Source: Nitrospirota bacterium (GTDB lineage Bacteria > Nitrospirota > Thermodesulfovibrionia > Thermodesulfovibrionales > Dissulfurispiraceae). From it: a DNA stretch of 64,000 bases. This document shows positions 43,742-52,177 of this stretch, in pieces; the stretch's first letter is position 1, and each line of letters opens with the position of its first letter. The notes under the pieces were generated by a model. The model saw only the letters and a list, made by a program, of their open reading frames with translations. It was not told where the DNA came from and searched no databases. The stretch is taken from positions 224,001 through 288,000 of the forward strand of contig CAVPZX010000004.1 of the NCBI GenBank assembly GCA_963710375.1, in the 5' to 3' direction. A program made the position numbers and the translations under genes.

Positions 43742-45853
43742 ATGATTACGATAGAGGCTGTTATAGAGAAAATATTGGCGTACAATCCAAAGGCGGACGT
43801 TGCGCGAATAAAGAAAGCATACGCCTTTTCTGGAGAGGCCCACTGCAGCCAACGGCGGGTTGAGGGGTCGCCGTATATATACCATCCTCTCGCGGTTGCC
43901 GACACATTGGCGGACATGAAACTCGATACGGCAACCATTGCCGCAGGCCTGCTGCATGATACGGTTGAGGACACCGGCACCTTGACCGACGATATCAAAG
44001 ACGTGTTCGGCGCCGAGATCGCTTTTTTAGTAGATGCATTGACAAAATTATCAAAGGTTGAATTTCAGACCAAAGAGGACGCCCAGGCCGAGAACTTCAG
44101 AAAAATGCTCCTTGCCATGTCTAAGGATGTGCGGGTCATACTCATAAAATTCGCTGACAGGCTCCACAATATGAGGACCATCGAACATCTTCCCGAAGAA
44201 AAACGGAGAAGTATTGCGCGGGAGACCCTCGACATTTATGCCCCCCTTGCCAACAGGCTAGGTATTGGATGGATGAGGACGGAGTTCGAGGATCTGAGCT
44301 TCAAGACTCTTATGCCCGATCTGTACGGCGAGCTTGAAAAAAAGGTCGCGAAACGCAAGGAGGAGCAGGACCTCTATATCAGCGAGGTAAAGAACATCAT
44401 CTCGGAAAAACTCAAGCTGGCCGGCATTCCCTTTAAGATAAAAGGCAGGGTTAAGCATTATTACGGCATTTATCAAAAGATGATTAAACAGAAGATACCT
44501 TTTGAGCAGGTGCAGGATGTGATAGGACTGAGGATCGTTACCGACACGGTGGGCCACTGCTACGATATACTCGGCATCCTCCATTCTCTCTGGCCGCTTG
44601 TACCTGGCAGGTTCAAGGACTTTATAAGTCTTCCCAAGTCGAACATGTACCAATCGCTGCATACCACAATAGTCGGTCCGGGAGGCGATCATGTAGAATT
44701 TCAGATCCGCTCCGACGACATGAATGAACTGGCCGAAGAGGGCATTGCCGCGCACTGGCGGTACAAGGAAAAAGACAGCATCGATAAGAAGAACGCCCGT
44801 TTTATCGCGTGGCTGCGTGATCTGGTGAAGGACATTTCCGACCCAAAGGAGTTTCTTGAAGCGGTTAAGGGAGAGGTGGTCCCCGAGACTGTTTATGTTT
44901 TTACTCCCAAAGGCGACATTAAGGAGCTTTCGGTAGGCTCCACGCCGGTTGACTTTGCTTACAGCATTCATACCCAGGTCGGCAACAAGTGCGTTGGCGC
45001 AAAGGCCAACGGCAGAATAGTGCCCCTGCGGTACCAATTGAACAGCGGCGACGTCGTAGAGATAATCACTTCCCCTACGCACAGTCCCAGCAAGGACTGG
45101 TTGAAGTTTGTTGTAACCCAGCGTGCAAAGTCCAGGATCAAACAGTTTTTGAAAACCGAGGAACAGAAAAAGAGCATCGAACTGGGGACCAAGCTCCTCG
45201 AAGATGAGATAAAGAGGCATGGGCTGCCGCTTTCAGTGCTTAAATCTGAAAAGATGGAAGAGATCATAAAATCCTTTGGCCTTATATCTATAGAGGACCT
45301 TTACGTCTCTGTCGGCTATGGAAAGGTTTCCGCCCACCAGGTAGTCAACAGGTTTGTACCCGAAAAGGAGGAGGTCGGAGTCGTCCCCAAGGTTGCGAAG
45401 CCTCACAAGGAAAGTAGAAGTATCATAACGATCACCGGTATCGACAACGTTATGTATCACCTCGGCAGGTGCTGCTTCCCTGTTCCTGGGGATAGGATCG
45501 CAGGTTTTATCACAAAAGGAAAAGGTGTGACAATTCACCGGAGGGAGTGTGCCAATCTTGAGCGGCTTACAGCGGACAATGAACGTCTTATTGAGGTTGA
45601 ATGGAGCCAGGAAGCCGATATAACGTCAACGGTAAAACTGTTTATAGAGTGCATGGACAAGTCCGGCATTTTGGCGGGCGTTACGGCGCTCATATCCGGA
45701 GCTAATGTTAATATCAGCCACCTGCAGGCTTCGTCAACACACGACAAACGGGGATTGCTTGAGTTTACGCTTGAGGTCAAAAACAGGAACCAGATTGTTA
45801 CGCTGGCAAATAAGATTATGCAAATGGACGGTGTGCTGTCAGTAAGGCGGTGA
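43742..45853 (+). CDS. Bifunctional (p)ppGpp synthetase/hydrolase Rel/SpoT
   Basis: LLHDTVED, ADRLHNMRT, YQSLHT, TGS and ACT domains. Confidence 0.95.
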   Translation: MITIEAVIEKILAYNPKADVARIKKAYAFSGEAHCSQRRVEGSPYIYHPLAVADTLADMKLDTATIAAGLLHDTVEDTGTLTDDIKDVFGAEIAFLVDALTKLSKVEFQTKEDAQAENFRKMLLAMSKDVRVILIKFADRLHNMRTIEHLPEEKRRSIARETLDIYAPLANRLGIGWMRTEFEDLSFKTLMPDLYGELEKKVAKRKEEQDLYISEVKNIISEKLKLAGIPFKIKGRVKHYYGIYQKMIKQKIPFEQVQDVIGLRIVTDTVGHCYDILGILHSLWPLVPGRFKDFISLPKSNMYQSLHTTIVGPGGDHVEFQIRSDDMNELAEEGIAAHWRYKEKDSIDKKNARFIAWLRDLVKDISDPKEFLEAVKGEVVPETVYVFTPKGDIKELSVGSTPVDFAYSIHTQVGNKCVGAKANGRIVPLRYQLNSGDVVEIITSPTHSPSKDWLKFVVTQRAKSRIKQFLKTEEQKKSIELGTKLLEDEIKRHGLPLSVLKSEKMEEIIKSFGLISIEDLYVSVGYGKVSAHQVVNRFVPEKEEVGVVPKVAKPHKESRSIITITGIDNVMYHLGRCCFPVPGDRIAGFITKGKGVTIHRRECANLERLTADNERLIEVEWSQEADITSTVKLFIECMDKSGILAGVTALISGANVNISHLQASSTHDKRGLLEFTLEVKNRNQIVTLANKIMQMDGVLSVRR

Positions 45854-45856
45854 TTT

Positions 45857-46041
45857 CACATTATTCATAAATTAATACAAGGAGCAGTCAGGCCACAGTG
45901 CTTCACTCATTCTCGCAAGGCATCCAGCCTTGCTCCGAGGCTATGACAGCCTGTGTCACCATCCTTGGTGTCACTTAGGCTGTCAAAGTCCGCTCAGCAC
46001 CATGTCCCGCCTGCTCCTTGTATTAATTTATGAATAATGTG
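45857..46041. mobile_element. 185-bp MITE-like element with perfect 31-bp terminal inverted repeats
   Basis: CACATTATTCATAAATTAATACAAGGAGCAG and exact reverse complement at 46011-46041; internal hairpin TGACAGCCT/AGGCTGTCA. Confidence 0.7.
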
Positions 46042-46052
46042 GCTCAGTGCTT

Positions 46053-47144
46053 TTAGAGCGGCAGGGTGAATTCTATGGAAGTCTGTGTCCCTCCGCTGTC
46101 GGCATTCCTTACAGTTATGCGGCCGCCGTGGTCTTTTATGACTTTTTCAGCCTTGCACAACCCCATACCGACACCAACCGTCTTCGTCGTGAAAAAAGGA
46201 TCGAAAATATAATTCAGATTGGCTTCGGGTATGCCCCTGCCGGTATCTGTGATTTCCAGCCTGTAGAATCCCTCATGTACTGACCCGGAAACTTTTATCA
46301 CGCCCGGAGACGCGACAAAGGATTCGAGCGAATTGGCAAAAATTTCTGCAATCCCTTTGGATAGCCCATAACGATCGACAGGGAGTTCGTATGGCGCAAT
46401 CTCGACTTGCCAAATGACTTCCACGGGCAATACGGAAAAGCGCAGCAGGGCCTCTTCTCTGGCCATGTCAATGATGAGGCCCAAATCGGTCAAATGTCGT
46501 TCTCCAGTATTCAGCGAAGAGTATTCGTAGACAGCAGTTACAATGTCCTCCATCCGATTAACGCATGACCTGATAGTATCGAAATATCCCTTCTGTCCCT
46601 TCGAGAGTTCAATCTCTTTGGGAATACGTTTTGCCAATCCACCGATAACCATAACAGGATTCCTGATCTGGTGAGAAACGGACATGGACATCTTCCGCAA
46701 CCCCTCGTAGCGTTCCTGTTGAAGTATGTTTCTCTCCTGGAGAATGCTCTTTTCCCGTTCATGCAAAAGGACGATATTTGTGATGTCGTTAATCTCGATC
46801 ACTATCCCGAAAAGTTTCTCATGGTAGATAAGCGGAGAGGCTGAGAGGGAGAGGTGACGGAATGTTCCCTCTTTGTCGGAGAAGCGGTTGGTGAAATGGT
46901 ACGGCGCCTGCCGCATGTTCTTTGTAACATAAAGTACCATTTCTTCCAGCTGCTTCTTTTGCTCAAACCCTGCAAATAGTTCCAGCCAATGCTTTCTGAT
47001 GTGGTCCCCTGTGTCGAGGTCCAGAATGGAATATGAGGATTTATTCACCGCATAAACAAGACCTTCTGAGTTAAAGATGACAACCCCGGCTGAAAAGCTG
47101 TCTAGAAGACCCTGAAAATAGGTGGAGCGAATGAACTCAAGCAT
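46053..47144 (-). CDS. PAS-domain sensor histidine kinase
   Basis: N-terminal PAS, SHQIRNP H-box, DTGRG, FDPFFTTK, GMGL. Confidence 0.9.
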   Translation of the reverse strand: MLEFIRSTYFQGLLDSFSAGVVIFNSEGLVYAVNKSSYSILDLDTGDHIRKHWLELFAGFEQKKQLEEMVLYVTKNMRQAPYHFTNRFSDKEGTFRHLSLSASPLIYHEKLFGIVIEINDITNIVLLHEREKSILQERNILQQERYEGLRKMSMSVSHQIRNPVMVIGGLAKRIPKEIELSKGQKGYFDTIRSCVNRMEDIVTAVYEYSSLNTGERHLTDLGLIIDMAREEALLRFSVLPVEVIWQVEIAPYELPVDRYGLSKGIAEIFANSLESFVASPGVIKVSGSVHEGFYRLEITDTGRGIPEANLNYIFDPFFTTKTVGVGMGLCKAEKVIKDHGGRITVRNADSGGTQTSIEFTLPL

Positions 47145-47268
47145 GCCTGCCTTTGAAAAGCTTTAAAAAGTATCTGACACCCATTTATACTATAACAGAG
47201 GTTTGTTACAGGAACATTACAGCCTGCCTTGACAAAAAAAATATTTAACTAATAATATTTTTAAGCGT

Positions 47269-47430
47269 ATGCGATTTATTGTAAAGTCAGTAAGTTCCAT
47301 GGTTTTTGGTATTATCGGTGGATGGTTGGGCGGCTATGTAGGCTTGGGAACCGAACTTCTCTCAAGCCTTGTTTTCAGCATAGCCGGCTGGTATTGGGCA
47401 AAATATATGTTGAATAAGTATTTGGATTAA
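47269..47430 (+). CDS. Small 2-TM Gly-rich membrane protein (53 aa)
   Basis: MRFIVKSVSSMVFGIIGGWLGGYVGLGTELLSSLVFSIAGWYWAKYMLNKYLD; upstream TTGACA; not in track. Confidence 0.55.
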   Translation: MRFIVKSVSSMVFGIIGGWLGGYVGLGTELLSSLVFSIAGWYWAKYMLNKYLD

Positions 47431-47441
47431 TAATTTACGAT

Positions 47442-47798
47442 TTACGAGTATTGTATCGCAACTTCGTAAACAATATCTGAATGATCGGCCGTAGGGCCGC
47501 CTTCACAGCCGAGTTCGCCTTTTGATGTCGCTTTACGGTTTCCAACCATCCCGGTTATTATCCGGGTGAAATCAAAGCCGCCTTCAACACACTCTTTATT
47601 CAAACAGTCAACAGTGAAAAAAGCATAACTGCTGGGAAAGAAATTAACGATCCGCGGCATCGATTGTCTTATCCCCTTTTGATTGTATGTCATGTTGATT
47701 ACGATACTCTCAACTTGGGGGAAGATGGCAGCCACTAAACCTGAATCAATCTTCTGCTGTCTTCTCTCTGCCCTGGCCGCGTTCTTTTTGTTGTTCAT
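47442..47798 (-). CDS. Hypothetical Cys-containing protein downstream of csp
   Basis: GGGAGG SD; CLNKECVEGGFD motif. Confidence 0.75.
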   Translation of the reverse strand: MNNKKNAARAERRQQKIDSGLVAAIFPQVESIVINMTYNQKGIRQSMPRIVNFFPSSYAFFTVDCLNKECVEGGFDFTRIITGMVGNRKATSKGELGCEGGPTADHSDIVYEVAIQYS

Positions 47799-47813
47799 GT
47801 GCCTCCCTTAAAT

Positions 47814-47847
47814 GAGAAGGCTTCCTCCAGCTGGAGGAAGCCTTCTC
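47814..47847. repeat. Perfect 34-bp palindrome between csp and downstream gene
   Basis: GAGAAGGCTTCCTCCAG|CTGGAGGAAGCCTTCTC. Confidence 0.85.
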
Positions 47848-47854
47848 CGGTTAA

Positions 47855-48055
47855 CTACAGTTTAACAACATTGATTGCTTTGGGTCCCTTTGGTCCCTTT
47901 TCAGTATCAAAGCTGACTTTATCACCTTCGGAAAGGCTCTTAAAGCCATTGCCCTGAATGGACGTATGGTGTACAAAAGTATCGACTCCGTCTTCAGCTG
48001 TTATAAAGCCAAACCCTTTGCTGTCGTTGAACCACTTCACTGTTCCTTGTGCCAT
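47855..48055 (-). CDS. Cold-shock protein (CspA family)
   Basis: [19 protein letters not shown]; 66 aa from ATG 48055. Confidence 0.96.
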   Translation of the reverse strand: MAQGTVKWFNDSKGFGFITAEDGVDTFVHHTSIQGNGFKSLSEGDKVSFDTEKGPKGPKAINVVKL

Positions 48056-48097
48056 TTTCGTTCCTCCTTCTCTTAAACTCAAACCTCAAAGGGACTC

Positions 48098-48202
48098 AAA
48101 TAAAAAAGAAGCCACAAAGTTCAAAGTCTTTGTGGCCTCTTACGATCGCAAAAACCTTTAAAGTTCTGTAGATACGATAACATATCCTCTCAAGTTCGTC
48201 AA
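48098..48202 (-). promoter_or_regulatory. csp promoter and leader with terminator-like hairpin
   Basis: TTGACG-17-TATCGT (48202-48174); 9-bp stem 48111-48136 followed by U-tract on minus strand. Confidence 0.55.
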
Positions 48203-48347
48203 TCAAATTCTTGTCGAACATTCTTGTCGAGCCTGTGGTTGCTTTTTTCCTTCCATCTGTTTCATAATTTCTAGTAAATATATTTTTGGTCTCCGGAAAA
48301 GAATAGTCGGACGTGATCAGAAGACAAATAAATATGACAAAGGCACT

Positions 48348-49073
48348 ATGATGAAAACGCGTTGGCACCCCGGGGATGCATTTGTTAAGAATATATTTTC
48401 ATCAATAGCCCCGCAGATAGATTTTTTAAGCTCACTTTTCTGTTTCTGTATGGACTCTATATGGCGGAAAAGGCTCGTATCATTCTCAGAAATAAAAAGA
48501 GGGGAAAAAGTCCTTGATGTATGCACAGGCACCGGAAAACTGGCATTCCTGATTTCCAGGGAGGTCGGAGCGCAGGGATCAGTCGTAGGGGCCGATTATT
48601 GTGAAGAGATGCTGGAGATGGCAAAGAAGAATCTTGGTTCCGCCTCATCAGATATTTCTTTCGTCCTGGCCGACGCCAAGAACCTGACTTTTGAGGATAA
48701 TGCATTCGATGTAGTTACCGTGGCTTTCGGTATGAGGAACATTTTTGAAACCTCGATAGCCCTGCGAGAGGCTTACAGGGTGCTTAAACCGGGCGGACGA
48801 TTTTTTTGTCTTGAATTGACGAGTCCTCAACAAAAGTGGTTAATGCCTTTCTATAACTACTACTGCTTTCATATTATGCCTGCGGTTGCAAAAAGGATTC
48901 TCAAGTCTGATACGCCCTATAATTATCTTCCCAGGTCGATCCAGGCATTCCCTGCAGCCGGCGAGTTCAAGCAGATTATTGAAAAATGTGATTTCAGCAA
49001 TGTGACTGTCCGTCACATGAGTCTGGGCATAGCCACGATCTTTGGCGCTCGTAAAGAACCGCAGACGACATAG
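48348..49073 (+). CDS. UbiE/MenG family methyltransferase
   Basis: VLDVCTGTG, VAFGMRN, RVLKPGG, Y.YLP.SI..FP. Confidence 0.88.
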   Translation: MMKTRWHPGDAFVKNIFSSIAPQIDFLSSLFCFCMDSIWRKRLVSFSEIKRGEKVLDVCTGTGKLAFLISREVGAQGSVVGADYCEEMLEMAKKNLGSASSDISFVLADAKNLTFEDNAFDVVTVAFGMRNIFETSIALREAYRVLKPGGRFFCLELTSPQQKWLMPFYNYYCFHIMPAVAKRILKSDTPYNYLPRSIQAFPAAGEFKQIIEKCDFSNVTVRHMSLGIATIFGARKEPQTT

Positions 49074-49356
49074 ATCATAGCTGTCATGGTCCGTCCTGGA
49101 CCAGACCAATCAATGCGGCTGAGCATAATTGGCAGCGCCGTATATTTTTCCGCGCAAACGACCGCCACTTCTTTAGTTGAATCTTCCATCTGAAAAGTCT
49201 GACGCAAGATACAGGCTGGGGCAAACTTCCAACTCCAGCATTTTAAGGCAATTCAGATTATGGCCGGACGCAATGAAAGAAGACTTGCAGATGAATACAT
49301 TTTGTGATAAACATTAGATATGCTGTAACAGAACCGCATATTGCAAGGAGGCCGTC

Positions 49357-50406
49357 ATGATCGTCAACTTATTCAAAGGGAATAGGGCGTGGCTTTTAAT
49401 ATTATTAATGCTTTTGCTCGTTATCGCGAGCACCGCTTTAGCAGATGGAGACGATGCCCTTATAACAAGAGCGTCACAGATCATAGGGCCTTTACCGGCA
49501 TCTATGCCGTCGTCAGAGAATCCTATAACCCCGGAAAAGGTAAAACTGGGGAAGATGCTCTTTTATGAGCCGCGGATTTCTGTGGACGGATCGGTGAGTT
49601 GTTCTAAATGTCATCCCATAGCCCTGTATGCTGCTGACGGGTTGAAAAAGTCGGTAGGGAACAACTGTAAGGTAAACCCTAGAAACGACCCTACCGTCTT
49701 TAATGCGGCAAGCCAGATTTCGGAACACTGGATAGGAAACCGGACTAGCGTCGAAGACCAGGCAAAACAGGCTATTATTGGGCCGCCGGCCTTCGGCATG
49801 CCCTCTTATGAGGCGGCCGAGAAGGTACTTCGGTCATTTAAGGAATACGAAAACCTGTTTAAAGCCGCATTCCCTTCTGACAAGGAGCCGTTGAATATCG
49901 ATAACTTTGCAAAGGCTATAGGCGCCTTCGAGCGGACACTGATTACGCCGGCCCCTTTTGATGCATTTCTGAAAGGCAACAAGGATGCTATGACTTTACA
50001 ACAAAAAAATGGACTCGGGACGTTTATGGACCTGGGCTGCGTGGGATGTCATTTCAGTCCCTATGTCGGAGGGCAGATGTATCAGAAGTTCGGGATATTT
50101 GCGCCTTACGAAAAATATACGAAGAGCCAGCAAGTGGATGTGGGAAGATATGCCGTCACGAAAAACGAGAGCGATAAGTATGTATTTAAGGTCCCGGTGC
50201 TCAGAAACGTTGCGATGACTCCGCCTTACTTCCATGACGGGTCCGTAGACAATCTTACCGACGCTGTCTGGATAATGGGGAAGATTCAGTTAGGCAGGGA
50301 CCTTACAAAAGAGCAGGTGCAGGACATTGCGGCGTTTCTTCACGCGCTGACAGGGGAGATCCCGGAATATGTCAAAACGATTCCAGTATTGCCTTCATTG
50401 GAGTAA
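49357..50406 (+). CDS. Di-heme cytochrome c peroxidase (CcpA/MauG family)
   Basis: Signal peptide, CSKCH and CVGCH, FKVP.LRNV..T.PYFHDGS. Confidence 0.92.
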   Translation: MIVNLFKGNRAWLLILLMLLLVIASTALADGDDALITRASQIIGPLPASMPSSENPITPEKVKLGKMLFYEPRISVDGSVSCSKCHPIALYAADGLKKSVGNNCKVNPRNDPTVFNAASQISEHWIGNRTSVEDQAKQAIIGPPAFGMPSYEAAEKVLRSFKEYENLFKAAFPSDKEPLNIDNFAKAIGAFERTLITPAPFDAFLKGNKDAMTLQQKNGLGTFMDLGCVGCHFSPYVGGQMYQKFGIFAPYEKYTKSQQVDVGRYAVTKNESDKYVFKVPVLRNVAMTPPYFHDGSVDNLTDAVWIMGKIQLGRDLTKEQVQDIAAFLHALTGEIPEYVKTIPVLPSLE

Positions 50407-50456
50407 AGAGGGGATAAAACGTCGCGTTCGCTAACCATTAGCTCCAGAGGACGCCA

Positions 50457-51038
50457 GTGAAGGAACCGAAAAGCGAACGGAAGACCGTTGTGTTCTCGAT
50501 CGGTCATTCGACGAGACCTGTCTCGGAGTTTATAGAAATTATGAGGGCCTATGGAATAAAGAAAGTAATAGACATTCGCACGATCCCGAAGTCGCGGCAT
50601 AACCCCCAGTTCAACAAGGATACGCTCAGGGAAAGTTTAAAGGCCGCCAAAATCGGATATCTCCACATGAAGGGGCTGGGGGGGTTGCGCCATGCACTGA
50701 AGGACTCGCCAAATACGGGATGGAGAAACGCATCATTCAGGGGCTTCGCAGATTATATGCAGACAGAGGAATTTGAAGGGAATCTCGAAAAACTTATAGA
50801 GGCTGCGGGGAGACGGGCGACAGTTGTCATGTGCGCCGAAACACTCCCGTGGCGCTGCCACAGATCATTGATAGGAGATGCCTTGTTCGTTTGCGGAGTC
50901 CATATGAGGCATATCATTAGCGCCGGCTCGATCAGGGACCATACTCTTACGCCGTGGGCAAAGGTCAAAGGAACAAAAATAACATACAAGGAGGACACTG
51001 ATGGGAGAGATAGTCCACACATCACGTATAAGGATTGA
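50457..51038 (+). CDS. DUF488 family protein
   Basis: SIGHSTR, DIRTIPKSR, LGGLR, MCAE..PWRCHRSLI. Confidence 0.88.
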   Translation: MKEPKSERKTVVFSIGHSTRPVSEFIEIMRAYGIKKVIDIRTIPKSRHNPQFNKDTLRESLKAAKIGYLHMKGLGGLRHALKDSPNTGWRNASFRGFADYMQTEEFEGNLEKLIEAAGRRATVVMCAETLPWRCHRSLIGDALFVCGVHMRHIISAGSIRDHTLTPWAKVKGTKITYKEDTDGRDSPHITYKD

Positions 51039-51465
51039 GAGGGAAAAAGGCCCAACCAGGAAAGCCGTCATCGAAGGCTTTGACGAACCGGTTTATTATG
51101 GTGTGCATGGTGGGATAAAAAACTTTTACAAAGTTGACACTGAAGAAGAACACGCTGCCACACTTGATCATATCGTGGCTGCAACTGCTGCCTGAATGAT
51201 GGGTACACTGGCCAGGGTGCTGGCTGGAAAAAAGATTTTCACATCGAAAGATCGCTATTGGGCGGATGTGGAAGGCATAATTGAAAATGTAAATAATATA
51301 CTGAAAATCACCCGCATCCTCGTCAAATACCACCTGAAAGTTCCAAAGGAAAAAGTCGGCGAAGCAAGAGCTGCGTTTTCTTCATACATCGAAGGCTGTC
51401 CCGCAGCCCAGAGCGTGATCGGATGCATTGATATTAAGGACGACCTGTTGATTGAGGAGGAATAA
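51001..51465 (+). CDS. OsmC-like selenoprotein (Sec at TGA 51193-51195), 154 aa
   Basis: Two in-frame ORFs joined by one TGA: ..LDHIVAATAA-U-MMGTL..; distal GCPAAQSV; SECIS-like hairpin; tRNA-Sec in window. Confidence 0.8.
51208..51227 (+). promoter_or_regulatory. SECIS-like hairpin
   Basis: CTGGCCAG-GGTG-CTGGCTGG; G-rich loop 20 nt after UGA. Confidence 0.65.
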
Positions 51466-51551
51466 TTTTTTCACTGCCGATATTGGCTTGCTATCTCTTA
51501 TGCTTTTGATATACTTGTATTTAAAGAGATGGGTTCAGAAAGGAGACGCAT

Positions 51552-52163
51552 ATGAAAATTTTTATTATCACTATGATGGGACTGTCACTTATATTCTTCG
51601 CAGCTACCACGGTCATGGCTGCAACCAATCTTGAGACGGCGACCTTCGCAGGCGGCTGTTTCTGGTGCATGGTACCCGCCTTCGACAAGATCCCGGGCGT
51701 GGTTTCGGTAACATCCGGATACACGGGCGGGGGGAAAAAGAATCCCACTTACGAAGAGGTCTCGGCCGGAGGAACTGGCCACGCCGAGTCGGTTCAAATC
51801 GTCTATGACCCGGCGAAAGTAACCTACGAAAAGCTCCTGGACGTTTTTTGGCACAACATTGACCCTACTACCAAGGACCGTGAGTTCTGTGATGTGGGGC
51901 ACCAGTATCGGAGTGCCATTTTTTATCAAAATGAAGAGCAGCACCGGCTGGCGCTGCAGTCAAAGGAACAGCTGGAAAAGAACAAACCCTTCAAAGCACC
52001 TATTGTAACAGAGATTGTGCAGGCAACTGAGTTCTACCCTGCAGAGGAATACCATCAGAACTATTACAAGAAGAACCCGATCCGTTACCATTACTACCGT
52101 TGGTCATGCGGTCGTGACCAAAGACTTAAGGACCTTTGGGGCGCTGCTGCGGGTCACGAATAG
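51552..52163 (+). CDS. msrA: Peptide methionine sulfoxide reductase A (exported)
   Basis: AGGCFWC, GYTGG, GHAE, AEEYHQ.YY; N-terminal signal peptide. Confidence 0.94.
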   Translation: MKIFIITMMGLSLIFFAATTVMAATNLETATFAGGCFWCMVPAFDKIPGVVSVTSGYTGGGKKNPTYEEVSAGGTGHAESVQIVYDPAKVTYEKLLDVFWHNIDPTTKDREFCDVGHQYRSAIFYQNEEQHRLALQSKEQLEKNKPFKAPIVTEIVQATEFYPAEEYHQNYYKKNPIRYHYYRWSCGRDQRLKDLWGAAAGHE

Positions 52164-52177
52164 CTGAGGAGGCAGTT

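Noticed and set aside
44258..45220. 320-aa antisense ORF inside rel
   Set aside because: Fully antisense to a conserved gene with no recognisable motifs; codon-bias shadow
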